64,000 nucleotides of DNA from an uncultured Gemmatimonadaceae bacterium (lineage in GTDB: Bacteria > Gemmatimonadota > Gemmatimonadetes > Longimicrobiales > RSA9), in the NCBI GenBank assembly GCA_964416095.1, contig CAYQCY010000003.1:27877-91876 (forward strand), in the 5' to 3' direction. The notes under the pieces are model-generated. The model searched no databases, had not been told where the DNA came from, and was given only the letters and a program-made list of their open reading frames with translations. Position 1 is the first letter of the stretch, and every line of letters starts with the position of its first letter. Both the position numbers and the translations under genes were made by a program. Below, piece by piece: positions 1-8,816 of the stretch.

Positions 1-2216
1 TACGGATGGGTGGCGAACCCGTGGCGCCGCTCCGGGAAGAGGAGCAGGTCGAAGTCCTTGTTGGCCTCGATGAGCGCCTGGACCACGAGCAGCGTGTTGT
101 ACGGCGGCACGTTGCTGTCCAACATGCCGTGGGCCAGCAGCAGCTTCCCCTCCAGGTTGTCCGCCAGGAGCTGGTTCGCCTGGTTGTCGTAGCTCGTCGT
201 GCCGTCCGCGTTCTCCACCAACAGGCCCTGCCACTTCTCGCCCCAGTCGTCCTCGTAGTTCCGGTTGTCGTGGTTGCCGGCCTCGGAGACGGCCACCTCG
301 TAGAACTCCGGATAGCGGAGGATGGCGTCGGCGGAGGCGAAGCCGCCCCCGGAATGGCCCCAGACGCCGACCCGGTCCAGATCGATCCAGGCGTGCCGCT
401 CCGCGAGCTGACGGATCGCGCCCATCTGATCCGGCAGCCCGTTGTCGCCCATGTTCCCGTAGTACGCCTCGTGGAAGGAACGCGAGCGCATGGGCGTGCC
501 CATGGCGTCCAGCGCCACCACGACGAAGCCCAGCTCCGCCAGGGCCTGGTGGTCCCGGTGCGCAGCACGGAAGCTCCGGCTGCCCACGCTTCCCGACTGG
601 GGGCCCGGGTAGATGTAGTTCACCACCGGATACTTGACCGACGGATCGAAGTCCGTGGGCCGGAAGAGCAGCCCGTACAGGTCCGTCTGCCCATCCCGGG
701 CCTTCACGCTGAACGGCACCGGCGGCTGCCAGCCCGCCTCCACCAGCGCCGTGATGTCCGCCCGCTCCACCTCCATCACCACCTCGCCGTCCATCTCCCG
801 CACGACGGTCACCGGCGGTGTGGTGGGCGTGGAGTAGCTGTCCACGAAGTACGCACCGGACGGGGACAGCGACACCTCGTGATTCGCGCTGTCCGGCGTC
901 AGCAGCACGAGACCCGTGCCGTGCATGTCGATGCGGTACAGGTACTGGAAGTACGGGTCGCCCGGCTCCCGTTCGTTGCCCAGGAACGTGATGGTACGCT
1001 CATCTTCGTCCACCTCCAGCACCTGGAGCACGTTCCAGTCACCCTCGGTGATCCGGTGCTCGAGCCGCCCGTCCAGGTCGTACAGGTAGAGATGGCCCCA
1101 GTCGTCCCGCCGCGAGTACCAGATCACCTGCTCCGACGCCGGTAGGAACCGCCAGTTCGCCGTCCGGTAGCCCGACTCGAAGAAGGTCTCCACCGCCTCC
1201 TCCAGGATGTCCCGGACCGCGCCCGTCGCCGCGTCGGCCACGCGCAGCGTCGCGCGCTTGTGGTCCCGGGACGACGACACGAAGGCCACCCGCGCCGCGT
1301 CCGCCGACCATTCCACGTCCGCGAAGGTCCCGCCGCAGTAGACGTGGTCGCACACCGTGGAGCGGTGCGGGTCCGCCGGCATGTCGAACCACACGACGCG
1401 CTCGTCCGCCGGCGCGTCCAGGTCCGCCACCAGCCGGTGGATCCGGAAGATCACCGTGTCCTCCGGCAGCGGGTAGCGCCACGCCTCCAGCTCCGGGTGC
1501 CCCACGTTCGTCGTCACCAGGTACATGTTCCCCACGCCCCGGGCATCGTGCCGGAAGGTGGCCAGCTTCCGCGAGTCCGGCGACCAGCGCACCACCGGCC
1601 GTTCGCTCTTCGTCCAGCCGGCGTTGTTCGTGGCGTAGCCGAAGTGCTCCTCCCCGTCGAAGGTGAGCCGCGTCTCTTCGCCCGTCGCCAGCTCGCGCAC
1701 CCACAGGTCGTGGTCCCGGATGAACGCCGCCCGCTCGCCGTCCGGCGACACCACCATGGTCCGGTCCGCCTCCGGCGCGCCCCGCTCCTCGCACCGGTAC
1801 CGGCGCAGGTCGCACACGACGACGGCGCCGTCCAGCTCGAACGTCGCGAGCCCCCGCTCCGGCGCCAGCTCCATGGACCGGAGCGGCAGCTCGAAGGCTC
1901 CGTAGCTCGTGTCCACCACCACCGACAGGGCGCGGGCCAGGCGGGGGTGGTCGAAGGCCCGCTCACGGGACCGCTCGGCCACGTCGACCAGCACCGCCTC
2001 CTCGCCGTCCGCGATCCGGTTCCGGTACCAGAACCGCTCCCCGTCCAGCCAGACGGGGCGGACATCGCCGCCCAGGACCAGCGGATCGACCTGCCCGGAC
2101 AGGAACCGCTCGGCCCGGGCGTAATCCTCCGCGGTCACCCGGGCGGGGGCGTACGGCTGCTGCGCGGCGAGGGGCGCTGCGAGAAGCACGGCGGCGAAGA
2201 ACGCGGCGTTGCGCAT
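1..2216 (-). CDS. S9-family (DPP-IV-like) serine peptidase, secreted; C-terminus cut by the window edge
   Basis: Absent from the ORF track because there is no stop inside the window. Hand translation of the minus strand from the ATG at 2216 gives a signal-like N-terminus (MRNAAFFAAVLLAAPLAAQQ) and a long N-terminal half. It then gives GVWGHSGGGFASA (GxSxG nucleophile elbow) and LLLAHGMLDSNVPP. The + ORFs 6..1145 and 1260..2414 are antisense shadows. Confidence 0.85.
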   Translation of the reverse strand, partial: MRNAAFFAAVLLAAPLAAQQPYAPARVTAEDYARAERFLSGQVDPLVLGGDVRPVWLDGERFWYRNRIADGEEAVLVDVAERSRERAFDHPRLARALSVVVDTSYGAFELPLRSMELAPERGLATFELDGAVVVCDLRRYRCEERGAPEADRTMVVSPDGERAAFIRDHDLWVRELATGEETRLTFDGEEHFGYATNNAGWTKSERPVVRWSPDSRKLATFRHDARGVGNMYLVTTNVGHPELEAWRYPLPEDTVIFRIHRLVADLDAPADERVVWFDMPADPHRSTVCDHVYCGGTFADVEWSADAARVAFVSSSRDHKRATLRVADAATGAVRDILEEAVETFFESGYRTANWRFLPASEQVIWYSRRDDWGHLYLYDLDGRLEHRITEGDWNVLQVLEVDEDERTITFLGNEREPGDPYFQYLYRIDMHGTGLVLLTPDSANHEVSLSPSGAYFVDSYSTPTTPPVTVVREMDGEVVMEVERADITALVEAGWQPPVPFSVKARDGQTDLYGLLFRPTDFDPSVKYPVVNYIYPGPQSGSVGSRSFRAAHRDHQALAELGFVVVALDAMGTPMRSRSFHEAYYGNMGDNGLPDQMGAIRQLAERHAWIDLDRVGVWGHSGGGFASADAILRYPEFYEVAVSEAGNHDNRNYEDDWGEKWQGLLVENADGTTSYDNQANQLLADNLEGKLLLAHGMLDSNVPPYNTLLVVQALIEANKDFDLLLFPERRHGFATHP

Positions 2217-2404
2217 GCGAGGCTCCGGAAGAGACTGAGGCAGTGGTCTGACCGAGGGTTCGCCGGTCAACTTGCAGCCCTGCCGGCGGACGAGCAACGC
2301 GGTGCGGCTCTTCTGCCCGGCATGGGCGTCCTCACTCCCGATGGACCTTTGCGACGGGAATGGCGTATGCGCCTATTCTGCAGACACTTACAGCAAGGAG
2401 ACCG

Positions 2405-2590
2405 ATGGGGCTGACGACGCTGACGGAGCGGGAGCGGGAGTGGCACGAGATCAAGGAGCGGGCGCTGGACGAGGGCGAGGAGTGGGAGCGCTGTGACGCG
2501 TGCCTGCGCTACCACCCGGTGGGGTACGAGGGCCCGTGTGAGAATCGGAAGAAGCGACTTCCCCGCAAGCCGGAGGAGCTGCAAAGCTAG
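2405..2590 (+). CDS. hypothetical small protein (61 aa, CxxC...C)
   Basis: Internal ATG of track ORF 2360..2590, preceded by AAGGAG 5 nt upstream. GC3-rich codons. No family recognised. Confidence 0.55.
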   Translation: MGLTTLTEREREWHEIKERALDEGEEWERCDACLRYHPVGYEGPCENRKKRLPRKPEELQS

Positions 2591-2751
2591 TGTAGCGTCG
2601 CCGGAATGTCGTTGCATTCGAGCGCGGCTGCATCGCGAGAGGCGGCGTTGCTCAGCCTCGCAACAGCGCTGCTATTCCTCGGCTTCGCGCCTTGCCTCTC
2701 GCGCGCTTCCGCGCTCTCGGTGCCACACGGAACTCCGGCGACGCTACGCTA
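2588..2751. terminator. about 160-nt extended imperfect hairpin filling the gap between two convergent genes (bidirectional terminator or structured RNA)
   Basis: Nested perfect helices: 2592-2605 with 2734-2747 (14 bp, extendable to 18 bp and then including both stop codons), 2620-2627 with 2709-2716 (8 bp), and 2634-2642 with 2695-2703 (9 bp). Confidence 0.6.
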
Positions 2752-4317
2752 GGGTCCGGCCCTGGCAGGCAGATCGTCGGCGTCGTACCCGTTGGCCTCG
2801 GGCATGGCGGCCGGCACCTTGGCGACGGGCAGCAGGATGGTGAAGGTGGTACCCTTCCCCGCCTCGGTGCGGACCCTGATGTCGCCGCCGTGCTTGCGGA
2901 CCATGCCGAGGGAGACGGAGAGGCCGAGGCCGGTGCCCTTCGCGCCGGTCTTCGTGGTGAAGAACGGGTCGAAGATGTTCTCGAGGACGTGGTCGGGCAT
3001 GCCGGTACCCGTGTCGGTGAACTCGAACGCCACGAAGTCCCGGTCCCGGGTCGTGTGGATGGAGATGGCCAGCACGCCGCCGCCGGGCATGGCGTCGAGG
3101 GCGTTGAGCACGATGTTGAGGAAGACCTGGGTGAGCTGCTGGAAGTCGCCGCGGATGGCGGGCAGGTTGTCGGCCATCTCTCCCTTGACCTTGACCTTGG
3201 CCAGCTTGATCTGGTTGGCTGCGAGCTGAAGCGTCTGCTCGACGAGCTCTTCCGGGTCCAGCACCTCCGTCTCGATGCTCGATTCCCGGGCGAAGTCGAG
3301 GAGGTTGCGGACGATCCGCTGCGCGCGCTCGGATTCGGTCACCAGGTCGCGGATCATCTCGGCCCGATCCTCCTCCGACAGATCGTCTTCGTCCTCCTCC
3401 AGCGACGCCGCCGTGAGCATGATGTTGTTGATAGGGTTGTTCAGCTCGTGGGCCACGCCGGCGGTGAGCGTACCCACCGCCTTGAGCTTGTGTGCCTTCA
3501 CCAGGAGGTCCTGGCGGTGCTCGAGCTGGCTCATCATGTGGTTCATGGCGACGGCCAGCTCGGAGAACTCATCGTGGTACTTGCGGACCGGGGTGATGGG
3601 CGTGAAGTCGCCGTGGGCGATCCTGCGGGCCGTTCGGGTCATGCGACCGAGGGGCGCGAGCACCTGGCGGCTGTACATCAGGGCCAGGTAGGTGACGAGC
3701 CCGGCCAGCACGACGATGAAGGCGACGGGGATCCTGCGGGAAATGGCCAGCATCCGGTGCACGGCTTCGCGCTCCCGGCGCACCAGCTCCTGGGCCTCCA
3801 CGAACATCTCGGCCCCGATCTCCCGGAGCCCGGCCTCGATGGCGTCGTGCTCGGGACCGGTCACCGGCCGGTCCTGCCGGCGCAGCTCCTGTAGCCGAAT
3901 GAGCAGCCCTTCGTACCGGTCCAGGTGCGCCTTCATGGTGGACACACCCGCATCGCCGATCACCGTCCGGATGTGCTCCAGCTCCCGGTCCAGCAGGGCA
4001 CCGGCCTGGCGGACGTGAATCAGGGCGTCGTCCAGGTCGGTGCCGTACAGGAAGTAGTTCTTCTCGAACCGCCTGGCCTGCTGAATCTCGACGGTGTAAT
4101 TGTCCACGGCCTCGGTGAACCGGATCTTGTCCTCGATCCGGTTGATGGTCACGATGGACACGATGCTGAGACCCACCGAGAGGACGAACCACGCCACGAC
4201 GCCCGCGGTCAGGCGCGTACGGATGGAGATCCTGGGCCGCGCCTGCAGGGCTTCCTGGGCCTTGCCCAGCACGCTCTGCGTGCGCGTCGGAGCCGGATCG
4301 GCCGGAGAGTCCATCAT
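2749..4317 (-). CDS. membrane sensor histidine kinase (TM, HAMP-like region, HisKA, HATPase_c)
   Basis: Track ORF of 522 aa. H-box AHELNNPINNI, N-box LNIVLNALDAM, G-boxes DTGTGM and GTGLGLSV. N-terminal TM segment VVAWFVLSVGLSIVSIV. Confidence 0.9.
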   Translation of the reverse strand: MMDSPADPAPTRTQSVLGKAQEALQARPRISIRTRLTAGVVAWFVLSVGLSIVSIVTINRIEDKIRFTEAVDNYTVEIQQARRFEKNYFLYGTDLDDALIHVRQAGALLDRELEHIRTVIGDAGVSTMKAHLDRYEGLLIRLQELRRQDRPVTGPEHDAIEAGLREIGAEMFVEAQELVRREREAVHRMLAISRRIPVAFIVVLAGLVTYLALMYSRQVLAPLGRMTRTARRIAHGDFTPITPVRKYHDEFSELAVAMNHMMSQLEHRQDLLVKAHKLKAVGTLTAGVAHELNNPINNIMLTAASLEEDEDDLSEEDRAEMIRDLVTESERAQRIVRNLLDFARESSIETEVLDPEELVEQTLQLAANQIKLAKVKVKGEMADNLPAIRGDFQQLTQVFLNIVLNALDAMPGGGVLAISIHTTRDRDFVAFEFTDTGTGMPDHVLENIFDPFFTTKTGAKGTGLGLSVSLGMVRKHGGDIRVRTEAGKGTTFTILLPVAKVPAAMPEANGYDADDLPARAGP

Positions 4318-4384
4318 GGTGCCGCTGCCGTGCCCTGTAGACCTTCGTCAAAGCGGGGCCGCGCCGGAGACGAAGCCCTGCCCG

Positions 4385-5005
4385 TCAGATGATGCCCCGG
4401 TGACCCAGGGACAGCGCGGCCTTGTTGATGACGGCCCGGAGCTCCTTCGGCTTGAAGGGCTTCGCGATGAAGTCGAACGCCCCCTTCACCAGCGCTTCCC
4501 GGGCCACCTCGACGGTGGCGTAGCCCGTGATGAGGATCACGCGGGAGTTCGGGCAACTGGACATGACGTGCTCCAGGACCTGGATGCCGTCCACATCCTC
4601 CATGCGCAGGTCGGTCACGATGATGTCGAACTCCTGTTCCTCCAGGCGGGCCAGCGCTTCGGTCGGGTCGACGTACGACTCGACCTCGAACCCGTGCTTC
4701 GTCAACGTCGGCGAGAGCCGCTTGCCGACGATGGGCTCGTCGTCGATGATCATGACCCGGAGCCTCTCTTCACCGGATGGTTCCTGCTTTTCGGGTACTT
4801 CCGGCGCTGTCTCCTCCATCGCGGTCCCCCTTTCACCTTCGGCCCATTCGTCCCGCACGATCATGATCTTGTCGAGGGCGAGCTTGCGCACGGGATCGAT
4901 GCCCGTCTCCTGGAAGCCCATGTCCGCCTCGCCCGCCTCGGCGAAGGAGATCCGGACCATCCAGTCGTCGATCTTCGTCGTCGGGCGGTCCTTCTTGTCT
5001 CCCAT
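4385..5005 (-). CDS. stand-alone response-regulator receiver with an unrecognised ~90-aa N-terminal extension
   Basis: Receiver motifs: RVMIIDDEP, IIVTDLRMEDVDG, ITGYA, KPF. I chose the start at ATG 5005 because AGGAGG lies 7 nt upstream; the track start at 5083 is unlikely. Confidence 0.85.
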   Translation of the reverse strand: MGDKKDRPTTKIDDWMVRISFAEAGEADMGFQETGIDPVRKLALDKIMIVRDEWAEGERGTAMEETAPEVPEKQEPSGEERLRVMIIDDEPIVGKRLSPTLTKHGFEVESYVDPTEALARLEEQEFDIIVTDLRMEDVDGIQVLEHVMSSCPNSRVILITGYATVEVAREALVKGAFDFIAKPFKPKELRAVINKAALSLGHRGII

Positions 5006-5090
5006 AATACGTCCCTCCTTTCGGCTCCGAGACCGGCCTCGTCCCATCCCGTCTCGGACCGATGCCTGTCCGGCGGCCTGCACGGCCGCC

Positions 5091-6200
5091 TCATGCGATT
5101 TCGGGCGCCTCCGTTACTTTCTGCAGGGTGACATGGACCTGTCGCCGCTGGCGGTAGGCCCTGGTCACGTTGTACAGGATGATCAGCGCGCCGGAGATCC
5201 CGGCCAGGAAGAGCACCGCCTTGCTGGCCAGGTTGAAGTACCGGTCCCAGCCCGGGTCCATGTCGAGCCAGCCCAGCTGGCGCAGGTAGATCGGGACCGC
5301 GATCGCGCGGCTGATGACACACAGCAGAATGATCACGGCGGTGACCAGCCGGATCATGACTTCCTTCACGACCTTCACGCCGTAGGCCCCGACGAAGATA
5401 CCGAGGAGCGACCCGAGGTAGAGGAGCAGGACGAGCCGCAGGTCGACGAGGCCCTGGAACGCGTAGTTGACGGCACCCCAGGCCCCCATGAACTGGGCCA
5501 GGTACAGCTCGGAGCCGGCCGCAACCGCCGTGGGCACGCCGAAGAGGTAGATCATGGCCGGAACGCCGATGAAGCCGCCCACGCCGATGGTGCCGGCCAG
5601 GTACCCCGTAGCCAGGCCCGCCGCCAGGATGATCCAGAGCGATACGCGCACGTCCGCGACCTTCAGGTGCACGTACGGCGGCAGGTACAGCTTCGACAGG
5701 TAGTCCGCGATCTTGCGCGACGGCACCTGCTCCTCCGCTTCCTCGTCCCTCCGCCTGAGCGCGTCCCGCAACATGAAGATGGCCACCACGGAGAGGATCA
5801 GGATGAAGACGGCGCTCACGTAGAGGTCCGACGCGCCCGAGCCCGTACCGCCACCGTGACCGTCTCCCTCGACCCGGAAGAGGGCGCTGTTGATCCAGAC
5901 GGCCAGATTGATGCCGAGGAACGCCGTGATCACCATGAACAGGGACAGACGCTTGTCCACATTGCCCAGCTCGCCGTGCTTGCGGCTCCCCACCATGGCC
6001 TTGCCGAACTTGTGCGTGATGTTGCTGGCCACGGCCACCACGCCCGGAACGCCCAGGTTCATCATCCCGGGCGTCATGAAGAAGGCGCCACCGCTGCCGA
6101 TGAAGCCGCTGAGCGTGCCGCCGATGAGCCCGAGCAGCACCACCTGCAGCGCCGTCGCGAGGTCGAGATCGATGTACTGGCCGAAGAGCAGAGCCTCCAT
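5091..6200 (-). CDS. TauE/SafE (DUF81) family anion/sulfite-exporter-like membrane protein
   Basis: Polytopic membrane protein with the duplicated motif GxIGGxLSGFIGSGGAF / GTIGVGGFIGVP. Start moved to ATG 6200, downstream of AAGGAG. Confidence 0.8.
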   Translation of the reverse strand: MEALLFGQYIDLDLATALQVVLLGLIGGTLSGFIGSGGAFFMTPGMMNLGVPGVVAVASNITHKFGKAMVGSRKHGELGNVDKRLSLFMVITAFLGINLAVWINSALFRVEGDGHGGGTGSGASDLYVSAVFILILSVVAIFMLRDALRRRDEEAEEQVPSRKIADYLSKLYLPPYVHLKVADVRVSLWIILAAGLATGYLAGTIGVGGFIGVPAMIYLFGVPTAVAAGSELYLAQFMGAWGAVNYAFQGLVDLRLVLLLYLGSLLGIFVGAYGVKVVKEVMIRLVTAVIILLCVISRAIAVPIYLRQLGWLDMDPGWDRYFNLASKAVLFLAGISGALIILYNVTRAYRQRRQVHVTLQKVTEAPEIA

Positions 6201-6224
6201 GGGCCGCACCACTCCTTTTGTCGG

Positions 6225-7775
6225 CTATTCCATCTTGATGAGCTTCAGCAAGCCGCTCGTGACCCTGCCGTACGAGAACGCCACGACGGGGATGAACAGG
6301 AAGACGGCCACCGAGACCAGGATCTTGGCCGCCCAGCCGACCTCGCCGCCGCCGGCCGCCTCCGCGTACCACCCCGTGTGGGCCAGGAAGGCGAGGATCG
6401 CCTCCTGGTTCGTGAACACCAGGAGGTACAGCACCACCACCACTGCCAGGAAGGCCGCGACCCGCACGGCGTCCCTGGGCCCGAACAGGTACTGGCTGCC
6501 CAGCTCGTCCGACGCGACGATGGGCACCCGCAGACGGTCGCCCAGGTACGCCCGCAGGTCCCGCATGGCCCGGATCCGTGCGGCATGCCCCTTCGACAGG
6601 AACAGGTCCCCGATCACCACGAGGGTGTACGGAAACGAGCGGTCCACCGTCTCCACCAACCGCTGCTGCGTACCACACACCGTCTTCCCACCTCCCGACC
6701 GGCCCAGCCGCGCCAGCTCGTCCAGTGCGTCCCTCAACCCGCCATCGTCGTGGTCCACCTCGACGGTGTCCGGCTCGATGCCACCGTTGTACTCTTCGCT
6801 CCCCGGCCCTCCGCCCATCGGCGTCGCCGGCTCCGCCACCCGCGGCTCCCCCCGCTCGTCACACCCGGACGGGGCCAGCCGCAGCAGCTCCACGGCGGCG
6901 TTCCACTTCGTGGCGATCTCCACCACGTTGTTGAAGGCTTCCGACCCCACCTCGAACCGCTCCTGGATCCACAGCAGGTTCGAGGTCGCCATCGTCACGC
7001 TCAGCTCGTCGATGCCCTCCACCGTATCCAGGACGTCCGGGATGTGACCCGCCACAGACGCGTCCGGCGGCAGGTAGCTCACGGTGACCAGCCCGGAATC
7101 GGCCCGCACCTTCAGACCTGCGGCGTACGTACGGTCGTCCCGTGCCAGGGCGAGGCGCGCTCGGGAGCCCAGCAGCAGATCCTCCATCCGCTGACGCGAT
7201 GACGGCGTCATCTGGAAGTCGGGCAGCTGCGCCGTCTGCACCATCACCGCCGCCGCGTTCTCCACCCCTATCTGCTGGAGGTTCACCGTCACATCGTAGT
7301 TCAGCGCCTCCCCCACCCCCACGCCGTACATGTGCCGGACCCAGCGCTCCCGGTCCTCGTCCACCTCCTTCACGTACCGCAGCGCCTTCTCCCGGTCCAC
7401 ACCCAGCTCCGACATGATGAACTGGACCCGATGCTCCAGGTCCCACACCACCCGCACCCGCAGGACATGCGACACCCCGGGCACCAGCATGTGACCCGTC
7501 CGCCCATGGTAGACCAGGTTGTGGTCCACCGCCCGCTCGCACAGGTAGTTCCGCGCGAACGCCAGGTAATGATCCCGCTCCCGCGCCAGCTTCTCGCTGA
7601 ACGCGTGCGGCTTGATCATCGCCATCTCGAGCTTGCCGACCTGGATGCCCTCGCGCGTCGCCGCCTCGATCAGGTCTTCCCGACCCAGACATTCGTACCC
7701 CATCTTCTCGGCCAACCGCTCCGCCAGCTCCTGACCGCGGCCGTAGCTGCCTCTCGAAACACAGATGATCTGCAT
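6225..7775 (-). CDS. Cytidylate_kin2-like (PF13189-type) N-domain fused to a BON-like/unknown middle region and a C-terminal 2-TM anchor
   Basis: N-terminus MQIICVSRGSYGRGQELAERLAEKMGY resembles the ITISRxxGSGG start of cytidylate-kinase-like family proteins. C-terminal hydrophobic helices: VAAFLAVVVVLYLLVF and ILVSVAVFLFIPVVAF. Confidence 0.65.
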   Translation of the reverse strand: MQIICVSRGSYGRGQELAERLAEKMGYECLGREDLIEAATREGIQVGKLEMAMIKPHAFSEKLARERDHYLAFARNYLCERAVDHNLVYHGRTGHMLVPGVSHVLRVRVVWDLEHRVQFIMSELGVDREKALRYVKEVDEDRERWVRHMYGVGVGEALNYDVTVNLQQIGVENAAAVMVQTAQLPDFQMTPSSRQRMEDLLLGSRARLALARDDRTYAAGLKVRADSGLVTVSYLPPDASVAGHIPDVLDTVEGIDELSVTMATSNLLWIQERFEVGSEAFNNVVEIATKWNAAVELLRLAPSGCDERGEPRVAEPATPMGGGPGSEEYNGGIEPDTVEVDHDDGGLRDALDELARLGRSGGGKTVCGTQQRLVETVDRSFPYTLVVIGDLFLSKGHAARIRAMRDLRAYLGDRLRVPIVASDELGSQYLFGPRDAVRVAAFLAVVVVLYLLVFTNQEAILAFLAHTGWYAEAAGGGEVGWAAKILVSVAVFLFIPVVAFSYGRVTSGLLKLIKME

Positions 7776-7932
7776 GGCGACACCCCGTGAGCGCCGACCC
7801 GTGCCTCGGGCCCGAACATCCGTTTATGTACGCAAATTCGAACGTCGTTCAAGATCGGCCCCCATCCGCTCCGAGTCAAACGTCGAGCGACGGGCGGGGG
7901 CATGATGCGAGAACGGGGTGTGGGCGCGCGAC

Positions 7933-7961
7933 TTGACGGCCTCCCGAGCGTGTCGCAAACT
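7933..7961 (+). promoter_or_regulatory. candidate sigma70-type promoter of cspA (TTGACG-17-CAAACT)
   Basis: Hexamers at 7933-7938 and 7956-7961. This would give a ~60-nt 5' UTR, as is common for cold-shock genes. Pattern match only. Confidence 0.3.
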
Positions 7962-8028
7962 TGCCCCGCGTTTCCACGCGGCCAATGCGGCGCCCGTGAA
8001 GACCCGTTTCCACAACCACCGGGGTACC

Positions 8029-8235
8029 ATGCGCACCAGGGGAACCGTGAAGTGGTTCGACGACGCCAAAGGCTTCGGCTTCATCACGCCGGAGGACGGC
8101 AGCCAGGACTGCTTCGTCCACTACAGCTCGATTCAGGGCGAGGGTTTCAAGAGCCTGCAGGAGGGTCAGACGGTGGAGTTCGACATGGTTCAGGGGGACA
8201 AGGGCCCTGCGGCCGAGAACGTGGTACCTGTCTGA
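8029..8235 (+). CDS. cspA: cold-shock protein (CSD)
   Basis: [24 protein letters not shown]...DCFVHYSSI contains RNP1 KGFGFI and an RNP2-like FVHY. Uses the internal ATG of track ORF 7918..8235. Confidence 0.93.
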   Translation: MRTRGTVKWFDDAKGFGFITPEDGSQDCFVHYSSIQGEGFKSLQEGQTVEFDMVQGDKGPAAENVVPV

Positions 8236-8263
8236 GCCGAGCAGAGATCCTGTACGAGAGACC

Positions 8264-8296
8264 GACGGCCGCTCCGGCGTATCCGGCGCGGCCGTC
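8264..8296. terminator. GC-rich hairpin between convergent cspA and the 8330-8647 gene
   Basis: GACGGCCGC (8264-8272) pairs perfectly with GCGGCCGTC (8288-8296). Confidence 0.5.
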
Positions 8297-8329
8297 GTCG
8301 TGCGGGGTGGTACGGCGGTGCGACCGGGG

Positions 8330-8647
8330 TCAGCCGCCGAAGCTGAGCCGGGTCATGTTCTCGAGGAAGACCCGGTCCCCGGGTGAGAGGACCTCCGGCC
8401 CGCTGGCCTCCACGACGTTCAGGAGCCGCTCCACTTCTTCCCGGTTGATGGGATGCAGGCTGTCCAGGTCAACCTGGCGCCAGCGCTCCCGGTCCCGCTG
8501 GTCCCGGACGAGCTGCGACGAGTAGTGGGAGTTCGGCTTCTCCACGCGCCTGCTGGCCGCGACCCGCTTCGCGTGCCAGCGCGGGTACCATACGCGCGCC
8601 ACGATGGCGGCGAGGAGGGCGATAGGTGCCGCGATCCAGAGGTCCAT
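8330..8647 (-). CDS. hypothetical single-TM protein (105 aa)
   Basis: C-terminal, sensible-looking part of track ORF 8330..9478, starting at MDLWIAAPIALLAAIVARVW. GC3-rich. The upstream part of that track ORF is antisense to the ABC-F gene. Confidence 0.6.
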   Translation of the reverse strand: MDLWIAAPIALLAAIVARVWYPRWHAKRVAASRRVEKPNSHYSSQLVRDQRDRERWRQVDLDSLHPINREEVERLLNVVEASGPEVLSPGDRVFLENMTRLSFGG

Positions 8648-8741
8648 GATTATTGATACACCGGTACCGGTCGACGTGCTCCATGTAGAGCGCCCACACC
8701 TTCTCTGACGGAATCCCGGCCCCGAAAGTTGCAGGGTGACT

Positions 8742-8802
8742 GCAGGCGGGAGGCGGAAGGTGGGAGGTGGGAGGCGGAAGGAACGGCGATACGGCGAGGG
8801 GA
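8742..8802 (+). repeat. 61-bp direct repeat R1: (GGRAGGN)5 heptads followed by ACGGCGATACGGCGAGGGGA
   Basis: 57/61 identical to 10771-10831. Ends 14 nt before the ABC-F stop codon. Confidence 0.9.
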
Positions 8803-8816
8803 ACTGGGAGGCCGGG

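Noticed and set aside
4527-7202. Very long ORFs on the opposite strand of real genes. Examples: 4527..7202+ (891 aa), 27364..30300+ (978 aa), 36970..40110+ (1046 aa), 49361..53149+ (1262 aa), 19753..21801- (682 aa), 9862..11670- (602 aa), 33772..36897+ (1041 aa), 37670..39670- (666 aa).
   Set aside because: Their Arg/Pro/Gly/His-rich, low-complexity translations carry no recognisable motifs. Each lies antisense or out of frame to a gene with clear family signatures. These are the stop-poor shadow frames typical of roughly 70% GC DNA.
8742-8802. The heptad (GGRAGGN)5 and hexamer (AWTCGA)n arrays as CRISPR arrays or other spacer-repeat loci.
   Set aside because: The units are 6-7 nt and contiguous with no spacers, the arrays are under 40 nt, and there are no cas genes. 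They are microsatellite-like repeats.
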